64,000 bases of DNA from Candidatus Omnitrophota bacterium (GCA_028711115.1 JAQTSV010000001.1:1030032-1094031), one strand, 5' to 3'. Numbered from the stretch's first letter, positions 10,491 through 18,989 are shown. Numbers and translations are program-made. Notes: generated by a model from the letters alone, not told the origin.

Positions 10491-11144
10491 TTAATTAGAT
10501 TGAAAAGAAATTATTTCCAGCAATTTTCTCGCTAATTCTTTTTTGGAATTGATTTTGCAAAAGACTTTGTCCCGGTCAATAATCAGCGCCTGGTAAGTTT
10601 TTCGTCCGGAAAATGTATTTGCCACAGCCAGATCTGCGCGTGAACTCTGCATTGCCTTTCTTGCCCTCTCTATCATTTTGTCTTGGCTTACGCCTAATTC
10701 TAATTTAAACAACACTAATACCGTCTTGGCTGCATATTTTTTTATGTTATTAATAATCTTAGCGGTTGGTTTTAAAACCAGATTAAGATTTTTTATATCG
10801 GATTTTATCTTTCTGCTATTTTCTTTTTTAAGTTTATAATCGGACACAGCTGCCGAATGTATGACTGCATCGTATTTTCTTGTTTTAAGTTCCTGGCGGA
10901 TTATTTTGTATAATTCGTCGAAATAATTATAGCGTTTAACATTTATTGTTTTGCCTAATTTCGTCTCTCCGATTGGGCCAAGGATTAAAGTTACCCTGGC
11001 TCCCATCTTATCCGCCTGTTTTGCTAAAAGTATGCCTGTATTTCCCGTCGAGATATTAGAAATCACTCTTACTTTATCTATAGCCACCCAGGTCGGGCCT
11101 GCGGTGATGAGAACTCTTCTGCCTTTAAGCGTCGCGCTTTGCAT
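10491..11144 (-). CDS. coaB: phosphopantothenate-cysteine ligase, stand-alone CoaB domain
   Basis: GRRVLITAGPT...ISNISTGNTG motifs. No CoaC flavoprotein domain is fused. The track start 11168 is TTG; the ATG at 11144 gives the typical N-terminus. Confidence 0.8.
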   Translation of the reverse strand: MQSATLKGRRVLITAGPTWVAIDKVRVISNISTGNTGILLAKQADKMGARVTLILGPIGETKLGKTINVKRYNYFDELYKIIRQELKTRKYDAVIHSAAVSDYKLKKENSRKIKSDIKNLNLVLKPTAKIINNIKKYAAKTVLVLFKLELGVSQDKMIERARKAMQSSRADLAVANTFSGRKTYQALIIDRDKVFCKINSKKELARKLLEIISFQSN

Positions 11145-11157
11145 TCGCAATTCTATC

Positions 11158-12210
11158 TCAATAGCCAATCTCTTTTAAGATGGCCTTTGTATCGGCTTTT
11201 ACGACCTTGGGTTTTTTTATGGATTTTATTGCCCGGTCCGGATCTTTAAGCCCGTGGCCGGTAAGAATACAGACTAATTTTCCAGGATTAACCTTAAAAT
11301 ATTTCTTTTTGGATAATTTAATCACACCTGCCACAGAAGCAGCTGAAGCAGGCTCAACAAACAAACCATCTTTTGCGGCTAATAATTTATAGGCCTCCAA
11401 TATTTCCTTATCCGTAACCATATCAATCAACCCGCCGGATTCATCGCGCGCCTGTTCTGCCTTTTTCCAGCTCGCGGGATTTCCGATTTTAATGGCAGTG
11501 GCGATTGTCTTGGGGTTCTTTATAGGATGTCCCTTGACTATTGGTGCTGCACCTGCCGCCTGGAATCCCAGCATTACCGGAAGTTGTTTTATAATTCCAT
11601 TCTTATGGTATTCCTTATAACCCATCCAATAGGCAGTGATATTTCCTGCGTTACCGACGGGAATGGCATGATAGAACGGCGCTTCGCCAAGAGCATCGCA
11701 AATCTCAAAAGCACCGGTCTTCTGGCCCTGGAGCCTGTAGGGATTTAAAGAATTAACCAGAGTAATCTTGCAGCGGCTGGTAATTTCCTTTACGATATTT
11801 AAAGCATCGTCGAAATTTCCCTTTACGGCTAAAACCTTTGCGCCGTGAATCAATGCCTGTGATAATTTACCCAGAGCAATTGCTCCGTCCGGAATTAAAA
11901 CAATACATTTCATTCCCGCCCTGGCTGCGTAAGCTGCGGCTGAGGCAGAAGTATTTCCGGTAGAGGCGCACATAACAATTCCCGAGCCTTCCTCTTTGGC
12001 CTTGGAAATTGCCATAGTCATTCCTCTGTCCTTAAATGAACCCGTGGGATTGGCGCCTTCGTATTTTAAATAAACTTCCAATCCGGTGATTTTACTTAAG
12101 TATTCACTGAACACCAAAGGAGTATTCCCCTCGTTCAAAGATACTATGGGTGTTCTGTCAGTTACCGGCAGGAATTTTTTATATTTATCTATTACGCCTT
12201 TCCAGTACAT
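11158..12210 (-). CDS. thrC: threonine synthase
   Basis: 350 aa PLP enzyme with [10 protein letters not shown] lysine motif. Confidence 0.93.
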   Translation of the reverse strand: MYWKGVIDKYKKFLPVTDRTPIVSLNEGNTPLVFSEYLSKITGLEVYLKYEGANPTGSFKDRGMTMAISKAKEEGSGIVMCASTGNTSASAAAYAARAGMKCIVLIPDGAIALGKLSQALIHGAKVLAVKGNFDDALNIVKEITSRCKITLVNSLNPYRLQGQKTGAFEICDALGEAPFYHAIPVGNAGNITAYWMGYKEYHKNGIIKQLPVMLGFQAAGAAPIVKGHPIKNPKTIATAIKIGNPASWKKAEQARDESGGLIDMVTDKEILEAYKLLAAKDGLFVEPASAASVAGVIKLSKKKYFKVNPGKLVCILTGHGLKDPDRAIKSIKKPKVVKADTKAILKEIGY

Positions 12211-12213
12211 CTT

Positions 12214-13494
12214 TTAAAGCTCCTCTCTGTGAATTACTACAGTGTTCTTTTTTACCATTGCCAATTTATCAATCGCCTCCAGCGCGAGCCTTATGTCTTT
12301 TTCTCTGACATCGTGGGTCAGCATTATCACCGGCACCACTTTTGCCCTGCTTCTTTCTTTCTGAGTAACCGAGGCAATACTTATTTTACGTTTAGCCAGA
12401 ATTCCGGAAATCTTGGCCAATACGCCGGGCTTATCTATCACCATAAAACGGATATAATACTTCGACCGTATATCATCCATTCTCTTAATTTTTTTGATTA
12501 ATCCCTTCTGCGAAAAATCAATGGGCCTTTTCTGGCTGGCGATATCGATTAAATCGCTTATGACTGCAGAGGCCGTGGGTAATTGCCCTGCGCCCTGGCC
12601 GAAAAATAACAAATCGCCTACCAATTCACCTTTGATATAAACCGCGTTAAAAATTCCGTTTACGCTTGCCAAAGGATGTTCTTCGGAAATCAAAGTAGGA
12701 TGTACCCTGACTTCCAGAATATCTCCGTCTGACTTCTTGGCGATGGCTAATAACTTGATAACCAATCCCAGCTCTTTGGCGTATTTTATGTCCAGAGGAG
12801 AAATTTCTTCAATTCCTTTTACATAGATATCTTTCTGCAGAATATATTTACCGAATGCCAGAAAAGCCAAAATAGACAGCTTGTGTGCGGAATCAAAACC
12901 TTTTATATCTAAAGAAGGATTGCGTTCGGCAAATCCTCTTTTTTTGGCTTCTGACAATGCCTCAAAGAAAGAACAATCCTGTTCTGCCATTTCGGAAAGA
13001 ATGTAATTGCTGGTGCCGTTTATAATGCCCACCACGCTTTCTATGCGGTCAGCAACCAGTCCTTCCGTAAGAGATTTAATAATAGGTATCCCGCCGCAAA
13101 CAGAAGCCTCAAAACGAAGCTGTGATTTATTTTTGTGGGCCACTGCCAGCATAGAGGACAAATCCTGTGCCAATAACGCCTTGTTCGCGGTAATTACACT
13201 CTTACCGGATTCCAAAGAACGCAAAATTATGTCTTTGGCCGGATTTATCCCGCCGATAAGCTCGATTACCACATCGATATCTTTGCTGTTAACTATATCC
13301 TGATATTTGGTGGTAAAAATCCTGGGGCTTATATTCAGCTTACTCCTCAACTTGGGATTCTTATCACAAATCTTTGCCATATTAAAATCGACATCGTATT
13401 TTTTCTTGAAAGACTTTCTCTTTTGTGAAAGAATCTTTAAAACACCACTGCCGATCGTGCCCAGGCCGATTAATCCTATGTTTATCTTTTTCAT
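12214..13494 (-). CDS. hom: homoserine dehydrogenase
   Basis: 426 aa. GLGTIGSG NAD(P) motif, catalytic domain, and a C-terminal ACT domain. Confidence 0.93.
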   Translation of the reverse strand: MKKINIGLIGLGTIGSGVLKILSQKRKSFKKKYDVDFNMAKICDKNPKLRSKLNISPRIFTTKYQDIVNSKDIDVVIELIGGINPAKDIILRSLESGKSVITANKALLAQDLSSMLAVAHKNKSQLRFEASVCGGIPIIKSLTEGLVADRIESVVGIINGTSNYILSEMAEQDCSFFEALSEAKKRGFAERNPSLDIKGFDSAHKLSILAFLAFGKYILQKDIYVKGIEEISPLDIKYAKELGLVIKLLAIAKKSDGDILEVRVHPTLISEEHPLASVNGIFNAVYIKGELVGDLLFFGQGAGQLPTASAVISDLIDIASQKRPIDFSQKGLIKKIKRMDDIRSKYYIRFMVIDKPGVLAKISGILAKRKISIASVTQKERSRAKVVPVIMLTHDVREKDIRLALEAIDKLAMVKKNTVVIHREEL

Positions 13495-13853
13495 TTTGTT
13501 TCCTTTTTTGAAAAATAATTTACCGTGTTCCTGACGAATTCCTTGGATTGGTCGTCCATATAATTAAACACCAGCCTTGTTTCATAAATCAGATCGTGCG
13601 CAATCTCTTTTGATTCTAAAACCTTTCCTAATAATCTAATGTAACTGGAAATAAAAGGCAATTTAATCTCTATGGCTAAAATTGTGCCGTTATCGAATGC
13701 GCAGTTTGTTGTCAGTAGCATTCCCCCTTCGCTGATATTCTTCGTCTGGGAAATATCTATGTTGTCGGGGTCGCCATAAATCCTATAATTGACTACAAAG
13801 TTTTTATGGACACGCGGATTCCTTCTTCTCTCCGGACCGCCATAAGATACCAA
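13491..13853 (-). CDS. small PilZ-domain protein (c-di-GMP receptor type)
   Basis: RRRNPR (RxxxR) and NISEGGM (N-x-S-x-x-G) motifs. Proposed TTG start at 13853 with AAGGGGG 5 nt upstream. The longer track ORF runs through tRNA-Pro. The stop overlaps the hom ATG (ATGA). Confidence 0.7.
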   Translation of the reverse strand: MVSYGGPERRRNPRVHKNFVVNYRIYGDPDNIDISQTKNISEGGMLLTTNCAFDNGTILAIEIKLPFISSYIRLLGKVLESKEIAHDLIYETRLVFNYMDDQSKEFVRNTVNYFSKKETK

Positions 13854-13942
13854 GATTGCCCCCTTGTTCAAAAGACAATAACTTATGGAACTTAACGAAT
13901 ACAAGTTGCTGCCTGAATTATTCCCGCTGCAAAAATTTATTT

Positions 13943-14021
13943 TGGTCGGGGCGGTCGGACTCGAACCGACGACCCCTTGAACCCCATTCAAGTGCGCTGA
14001 TCCAAACTGCGCCACGCCCCG
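13943..14021 (-). tRNA. tRNA-Pro (anticodon GGG), CCA encoded
   Basis: rc reads CGGGGCGTGGCGCAGTTTGGATCAGCGCACTTGAATGGGGTTCAAGGGGTCGTCGGTTCGAGTCCGACCGCCCCGACCA. Cloverleaf folded by hand; anticodon loop AUGGGGU. Confidence 0.9.
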
Positions 14022-14051
14022 CCATTTAATCTACGCTACGGTAAATTCTAT

Positions 14052-15053
14052 TTATTGCTCTGCCTTTCTTCTCCTTAACATCAAATCCTTCAATGCTTTC
14101 TGAGGTGCTTTATGTTTATATAATACACAATATATCTCTTTTGTGATAGGCATTTCTACATTGTATTTACCTGCCAAGGTATAAGCTGCTTTGGTCGTAG
14201 AAACGCCCTCTGCCACCATCTGCATATCTTTTTCTATATCACTTAATCTCTTTCCCTTTGCTATCTGTTCGCCTACAAATCTATTGCGGGAATATAAACT
14301 TGTGCAAGTCGTTACTAAATCGCCCAAACCGCTTACGCCAAAGAATGTCTCTCTGTTTGCTCCCATAGCCACGCCCAGACGGCTTATTTCCACCAAACCC
14401 CGTGTAAGTAAAGCCGCCTTGGCATTTGTGCCTAATTTCAGCCCGTCGGAAATACCACAGGCCAAAGCAATTATATTTTTAAGGCTGCCTCCCAATTCTA
14501 CGCCTACCACATCGCTATTGGTATAGACGCGGAATTTTTCGTTCATCAATAAATTCTGGAAATAACCGGCTGTGTGGTGATTTTTAGATGCCACCACTGA
14601 AACTGCCGGCATGCCCCTGGCTATCTCCTGAGCTATGTTCGGCCCGGAAAGCACCGCCAAATTAACTCCGCCTAATTCGTCGGTAATAACCTCCGACATC
14701 GTCATAAGACTTTTGTATTCAATTCCTTTTGTAGCGCTTAAGAATAAACGGTCCTTTGTTTTTGTGCCTTTTATCTTTTTCAAGACGCTACGCAAATATT
14801 GTGAAGGAACAGCCAAAATAATAGTCTGAGCACAACATAATGCCTCTTTTAAGTCAGAAGTAATAAATACCTCTTTGGGGATTTTTATTCCTTTTAAGAA
14901 CTTTGAATTTACCCTTTTCTTTTTCAAAGATTCTGTATAATCCCTGAATATCCCCCAGAGGCAGACGTTGTATCCTTTCTTAGATAATAGAATAGACAGA
15001 GTCGTACCCCAACCACCGTCACCTAAAATAGTTATATTTTGTCTTTTCAGCAT
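14052..15053 (-). CDS. gpsA: NAD(P)H-dependent glycerol-3-phosphate dehydrogenase
   Basis: 333 aa with GDGGWGT Rossmann start and GpsA-like sequence throughout. Confidence 0.93.
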   Translation of the reverse strand: MLKRQNITILGDGGWGTTLSILLSKKGYNVCLWGIFRDYTESLKKKRVNSKFLKGIKIPKEVFITSDLKEALCCAQTIILAVPSQYLRSVLKKIKGTKTKDRLFLSATKGIEYKSLMTMSEVITDELGGVNLAVLSGPNIAQEIARGMPAVSVVASKNHHTAGYFQNLLMNEKFRVYTNSDVVGVELGGSLKNIIALACGISDGLKLGTNAKAALLTRGLVEISRLGVAMGANRETFFGVSGLGDLVTTCTSLYSRNRFVGEQIAKGKRLSDIEKDMQMVAEGVSTTKAAYTLAGKYNVEMPITKEIYCVLYKHKAPQKALKDLMLRRRKAEQ

Positions 15054-15163
15054 AATAAAAGGTAAGTTTTTATAGGTCTTTATTTTATAATAAGATAGAA
15101 AGAAATGTCAATGATTATTGGGCGGGAATAACGGAAAGCGATAAAATAGATATTATTGATAAA

Positions 15164-15910
15164 TTAACCTATTTTTATGTTTTTTTTGGTGCGCATCTTG
15201 GCTAATTCCCAGGAATATTCGTATAGATGCAGACCTTTGCTTAATGCTATAATTTCGCCGTCTTCCACTCCGATTTCTTCAGCCATATATTGCTTAACCA
15301 ACTGCAACCCTCCCAGATTTGAAGGAAAGCCGCCCCATAAATCCCAGGAACGAAAATAAAGTATGAAATGCAACTTGCCATTGCGGATTCTTGTATCGAT
15401 TAAACGCAGGCACGGCGGGTCAGCCAAATAAATATCCGAAGGCATTCCTATTTCCATAGTGGCCTGGTTTGTACCAAAGCCTTGCGTCTTATACATCTTA
15501 ATAACCTCTTCCACCTGATTTACATTAAGAGGGATTTCTTTGACCATTTCTTTGCCGTCTTTAGATTCTTTAATTCTGACTTTTGCGTCAACCAATCTCT
15601 CGCCGTAAGTATAATCTTCAGTATTCGTCTTTGTCCCGGTGAGAAGATAACTCAAGTATCCCTGAATATAATCCATATCTGTGGGCGCAGGAATACTCAT
15701 ACCTTCAGGGATTATAGGGATAATCTGATGCCCGGGATTTTTTACGTGCACGCAGGCCAAATCAAATTCCAGGCGCCTCTGGCCCTGGTAACTGCCCCTT
15801 GTGATTTCATAGACCACGCCGTTATCCAGTATAGAACTCAGACACTGGAACCAGGCGTCGTCCAAATCGAAGGCCTCAATAAACACAGGTTTTAGAAATT
15901 TATTCTCCAT
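15164..15910 (-). CDS. thymidylate synthase (ThyA) superfamily protein, divergent/archaeal-like
   Basis: 248 aa. The core aligns by eye with E. coli ThyA: PPC catalytic Cys (ADPPCLRL), FRSWDLWGGFPSN versus YQRSCDVFLGLPFN, LHLYE versus THLYS. Confidence 0.7.
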   Translation of the reverse strand: MENKFLKPVFIEAFDLDDAWFQCLSSILDNGVVYEITRGSYQGQRRLEFDLACVHVKNPGHQIIPIIPEGMSIPAPTDMDYIQGYLSYLLTGTKTNTEDYTYGERLVDAKVRIKESKDGKEMVKEIPLNVNQVEEVIKMYKTQGFGTNQATMEIGMPSDIYLADPPCLRLIDTRIRNGKLHFILYFRSWDLWGGFPSNLGGLQLVKQYMAEEIGVEDGEIIALSKGLHLYEYSWELAKMRTKKNIKIG

Positions 15911-15915
15911 ATTAT

Positions 15916-17157
15916 TTAATGGCTAAAAGAAGTATACACCAAACCTGCCGAAAGTAAAATCATTATAACAATCACAGCCCAGGTGATAATATTATAAATC
16001 GGAGAATTAGTATGCTCACCCATCAGCCGCTTTCTGTTGATTAATAATAACATTAGGATAAGCACAAAGGGAAGTAAAATCCCATTTGCCACCTGGCTTA
16101 TAAGCATAACTTTTACAAAATTTACTCCGGGAATTAAAACTGAGATAGCGCCGATTAATATTATAACCGAATATAACCAGTAGAATTGCGGTGCCTCTCT
16201 GAATTTTTTGTTTACGCCCAATTCCCAGCCCATACCTTCACATACTGTATAGGCCGTAGATAAAGGCAGTATCGACGCCGCAAACAAAGAAGCATTTAAT
16301 AATCCGATAGCGAAAAGTAAATAACAATAATTGCCGGCCAACGGCCTTAAAGACTTGGCTGCATCTGCTGCGGTAGAGATATGGATTCCGTTAACATATA
16401 AAGTTTCCGCGCAGACTATTATAATAAAAATAGCCACTATATTTACAATGAATGCGCCGATAATAACATCCAGACGGTTAAAGGCGTAATCTTTTATTTT
16501 AATCTCCTTTTCCACGACGGCAGCCTGCTGATAAAACTGCATCCACGGAGCAATGGTAGTACCTATCACGCCGATTAACATAAAAAGATACGGGCGGTTA
16601 AATTCGATACTTGGTTTTATAATATTGGTCCCTACTGCCTTCCAGTCCGGAGTAACAATAAAACCGGAAATTATATACGATACATAAAATACACAGGCTG
16701 CTAAAAATACCTTTTCTACGGATTTATAATTCCCTTTTAAAATCAAAAACCACACAAACCATGCGCACAAAGGAACCAGGATGAATTTGTTCATGCCCAA
16801 TAATTCCGCACTTGCGGCAATGCCGGCAAATTCAGCCATGGTATTACCAAAGTTAGCCAAAATCAAAATAATCATGGAATAGAATGTGATCTTTACGCCA
16901 AATTCTTCCCTGATTAAATCGGCTAAACCTTTTCCTGTTACCACAGCCATGCGTGAACACATTTCTTGAATTACTATCAAAGCTATAACGATGGGAATAA
17001 AAGACCACAGCAGCTTATAACCAAAATGCGCACCGCAAACCGAATACGTGGCAATTCCGCCAGCATCATTATCCACATTTGCGGTAATGATTCCCGGACC
17101 CATTATCGCAAAAAATATCAAAATGCTCTTCCAGTATCGTATAAATTTATTTTTCAT
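15916..17157 (-). CDS. Nramp-family transporter with Mg2+-type (NRMT/NrmT-like) metal site
   Basis: Polytopic protein. TM1 GPGIITANVDNDAGGIAT and TM6 IGTTIAPWMQF align gaplessly with MntH DPGN / A..MPH. The track start 17181 is GTG. The ATG at 17157 forms an ATGA overlap with the upstream stop. Confidence 0.85.
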   Translation of the reverse strand: MKNKFIRYWKSILIFFAIMGPGIITANVDNDAGGIATYSVCGAHFGYKLLWSFIPIVIALIVIQEMCSRMAVVTGKGLADLIREEFGVKITFYSMIILILANFGNTMAEFAGIAASAELLGMNKFILVPLCAWFVWFLILKGNYKSVEKVFLAACVFYVSYIISGFIVTPDWKAVGTNIIKPSIEFNRPYLFMLIGVIGTTIAPWMQFYQQAAVVEKEIKIKDYAFNRLDVIIGAFIVNIVAIFIIIVCAETLYVNGIHISTAADAAKSLRPLAGNYCYLLFAIGLLNASLFAASILPLSTAYTVCEGMGWELGVNKKFREAPQFYWLYSVIILIGAISVLIPGVNFVKVMLISQVANGILLPFVLILMLLLINRKRLMGEHTNSPIYNIITWAVIVIMILLSAGLVYTSFSH

Positions 17158-18470
17158 ATCGCAGGATTCTTCTTGCGCCACCTTCGCCAGGCAATGCTGA
17201 TTAAATGATCCAGTATATCGTCTACGGTGATAATCCCCTGAAGTATTTTTTCCTCATTGACCACAGGTATAACATTTATCTTATATTTTTCCATTAGTAC
17301 AGCTATTTCCTTCACACTGTCGGTAGGATATATAAAAATATTATTTCTGAATTTGGCTTTTAAAATATTTTCTTTGGGATCCAAAGAAATAAGCCGGCGC
17401 AAATTTGTCGCACCCAAAAGCTGGCCTTTCTCATCTACAATATACAGATACTGCATCGATTCCGGCTTGGAATCGTCCATTTTAATCATCGCCAAAGCCT
17501 CGCCCACCGTCATCTGCTGCGGCAAGGCAAAAAATTCTGTAGTCATTAAGCCGCCTGCGGATTCGCTCTTGTAGCCAAGAAGCGTGGATAATTTTTTTGC
17601 CTTGGGAGTCTCCATCACAGAAAGCATCTTATTTACGGATTCTTTTGGTAGTTCATCCAACAAATCCACTGCTTTATCAGAAGGCATATTAGAAATTATC
17701 TCCAAAGTTTCCTTATAGGATAAATCATCCAATAAAGACTTCTGTTCTGGAAAATCCAACAAAGAAAAAATTTCGCTTTTAGTATCTAAATCCAGAGTCC
17801 TGAATAAGGCAAGCCTGTGCTTGTGGTCCAGATTCAGCATAATCTCGGAAAGGTCTGCGGGATGGATATCGTTTAATTGTCTCTGCGAAACGTCAACCTT
17901 TATTGTTTTAGATACCGGGTTTATGGAGAGCGGCTGAATATGTTTCCAGGAAATCAACTTTTCTTTATTGAGATAAATTGCCTTTTCATTAAATAATCTG
18001 ACAATAGTGTCTACTATTTTTTCGAAACCTAAGCGCCTTATAAATCCTCTTGCGCCGATATCAACATGCGCCAGCATCAAATCCCTTTCAACTATGAGCA
18101 GATGGATATCATTTACCCTGATAACATTATGATTGGAAATATCCACAACCTGCTGATCCAGGATATCTCTTTTTAAAACGAGTTTCTCCCGGTTGTTTAC
18201 AGGAATATCGAATTTCACTTCCTTAGAAGATAGATTTATCTCTATACTGTGTTTTGTCCTTTCCTTGACTAATCCCCACGGCACAACAGCATAACGCCTA
18301 TTAAATAAACCCTTGGCTATAATTAAATGGGTGGCCTTGGGATAAACCGCAATCTCCGATTGGCCCACAATAACATCGTATAAACTTCCGATATGCTTTT
18401 CTTCTTTGTCCACAACATCTATATTCACTAACTGCGAAAAATATAAAAACATTTTACCGTTTTGATTCAT
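17154..18470 (-). CDS. soluble PRC-barrel + MgtE N-domain + CBS-pair protein (no membrane domain)
   Basis: 438 aa. N-terminal PRC-like repeats, an MgtE_N-like helical region (ADLSEIMLNLDHKHRLALFRTLD...), and a CBS pair. It ends where the MgtE TM domain would begin. Confidence 0.8.
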   Translation of the reverse strand: MNQNGKMFLYFSQLVNIDVVDKEEKHIGSLYDVIVGQSEIAVYPKATHLIIAKGLFNRRYAVVPWGLVKERTKHSIEINLSSKEVKFDIPVNNREKLVLKRDILDQQVVDISNHNVIRVNDIHLLIVERDLMLAHVDIGARGFIRRLGFEKIVDTIVRLFNEKAIYLNKEKLISWKHIQPLSINPVSKTIKVDVSQRQLNDIHPADLSEIMLNLDHKHRLALFRTLDLDTKSEIFSLLDFPEQKSLLDDLSYKETLEIISNMPSDKAVDLLDELPKESVNKMLSVMETPKAKKLSTLLGYKSESAGGLMTTEFFALPQQMTVGEALAMIKMDDSKPESMQYLYIVDEKGQLLGATNLRRLISLDPKENILKAKFRNNIFIYPTDSVKEIAVLMEKYKINVIPVVNEEKILQGIITVDDILDHLISIAWRRWRKKNPAI

Positions 18471-18495
18471 AAATTACCTCAACACAAAAAATTTA

Positions 18496-18566
18496 AGCGG
18501 GAGAAGGGAATCGAACCCTCATATATAGCTTGGAAGGCTATTGTTCTACCATTGAACTACTCCCGC
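18496..18566 (-). tRNA. tRNA-Gly (anticodon TCC), no encoded CCA
   Basis: rc reads GCGGGAGTAGTTCAATGGTAGAACAATAGCCTTCCAAGCTATATATGAGGGTTCGATTCCCTTCTCCCGCT. Anticodon loop CUUCCAA. Confidence 0.9.
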
Positions 18567-18819
18567 ATAAATTTATCTATTGTAGCTTGTCCCGCATGCG
18601 CACTTCGTGCTTTGCGGGATCCCGCCTCGTCACTTAAACTATAAGGCGGGAGAAGGCAAATGCTCTACCAACTGCCCGCCAAAAATCTTGGCGGGTCCGC
18701 TTAATTTTTGGCGGAGATGTCCGCCGATTTTTTGTGGCGGAAGCTACACCCACATAATTTTATTTTATTCACTTTATAGCCTGCCGCCTATGAAGAAGTA
18801 AATTTTTGAAAATTTAAAA
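18567..18819. other. GC-rich multi-hairpin spacer with a tRNA-like remnant between tRNA-Tyr and tRNA-Gly
   Basis: At least 6 GGCGG/CCGCC-type hairpins lie in an otherwise AT-rich context. Bases 18645-18680 (rc GGCGGGCAGTTGGTAGAGCATTTGCCTTCTCCCGCC) carry the D-arm 14-mer CAGTTGGTAGAGCA shared with tRNA-Thr. Confidence 0.4.
18710..18733 (+). terminator. intrinsic-terminator-like hairpin in plus orientation
   Basis: GGCGGA-GATG-TCCGCC followed by GATTTTTT. No annotated plus-strand gene lies upstream. Confidence 0.45.
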
Positions 18820-18902
18820 TGGACAGGAGAGGATTTGAACCTCTGAAGCACAAGTGCAGCAGATTTACAGTCTGCCCCCTTTGGCCACTTGGGTACCTGT
18901 CC
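18820..18902 (-). tRNA. tRNA-Tyr (anticodon GTA), long variable arm
   Basis: rc reads GGACAGGTACCCAAGTGGCCAAAGGGGGCAGACTGTAAATCTGCTGCACTTGTGCTTCAGAGGTTCAAATCCTCTCCTGTCCA. Confidence 0.9.
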
Positions 18903-18916
18903 AAAAATTTTTACAG

Positions 18917-18989
18917 AGCTGGCGGAGGGAGTCGAACCCACGACCTGAGGTTTACAAAACCCCTGCTCTACCAACTGAGCTACGCCAGC
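18917..18989 (-). tRNA. tRNA-Thr (anticodon TGT)
   Basis: rc reads GCTGGCGTAGCTCAGTTGGTAGAGCAGGGGTTTTGTAAACCTCAGGTCGTGGGTTCGACTCCCTCCGCCAGCT. One U-U mismatch in the T stem. Confidence 0.88.

Noticed and set aside
13854-14015. N-terminal 54 codons of track ORF 13491-14015
   Set aside because: This part translates straight through tRNA-Pro(GGG) (MAQFGSAHLNGVQGVVGSSPTAP = tRNA sequence). A TTG start at 13853 with an AAGGGGG RBS gives a sensible PilZ protein.
18567-18819. Spacer considered as tRNA-Sec, tmRNA, SRP RNA, RNase P RNA, 6S RNA or an M-box upstream of the Mg module
   Set aside because: There is no T-loop (GTTCRA) or complete cloverleaf. None of the conserved cores I remember for those RNAs is present (GGAAGCAGCC for SRP, GAGGAAAGUCC for RNase P, GGUGAGG/UAAAGCUCUAC for the M-box). 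In addition, tRNA-Gly lies between the spacer and the gene. It is kept only as an unexplained structured spacer.
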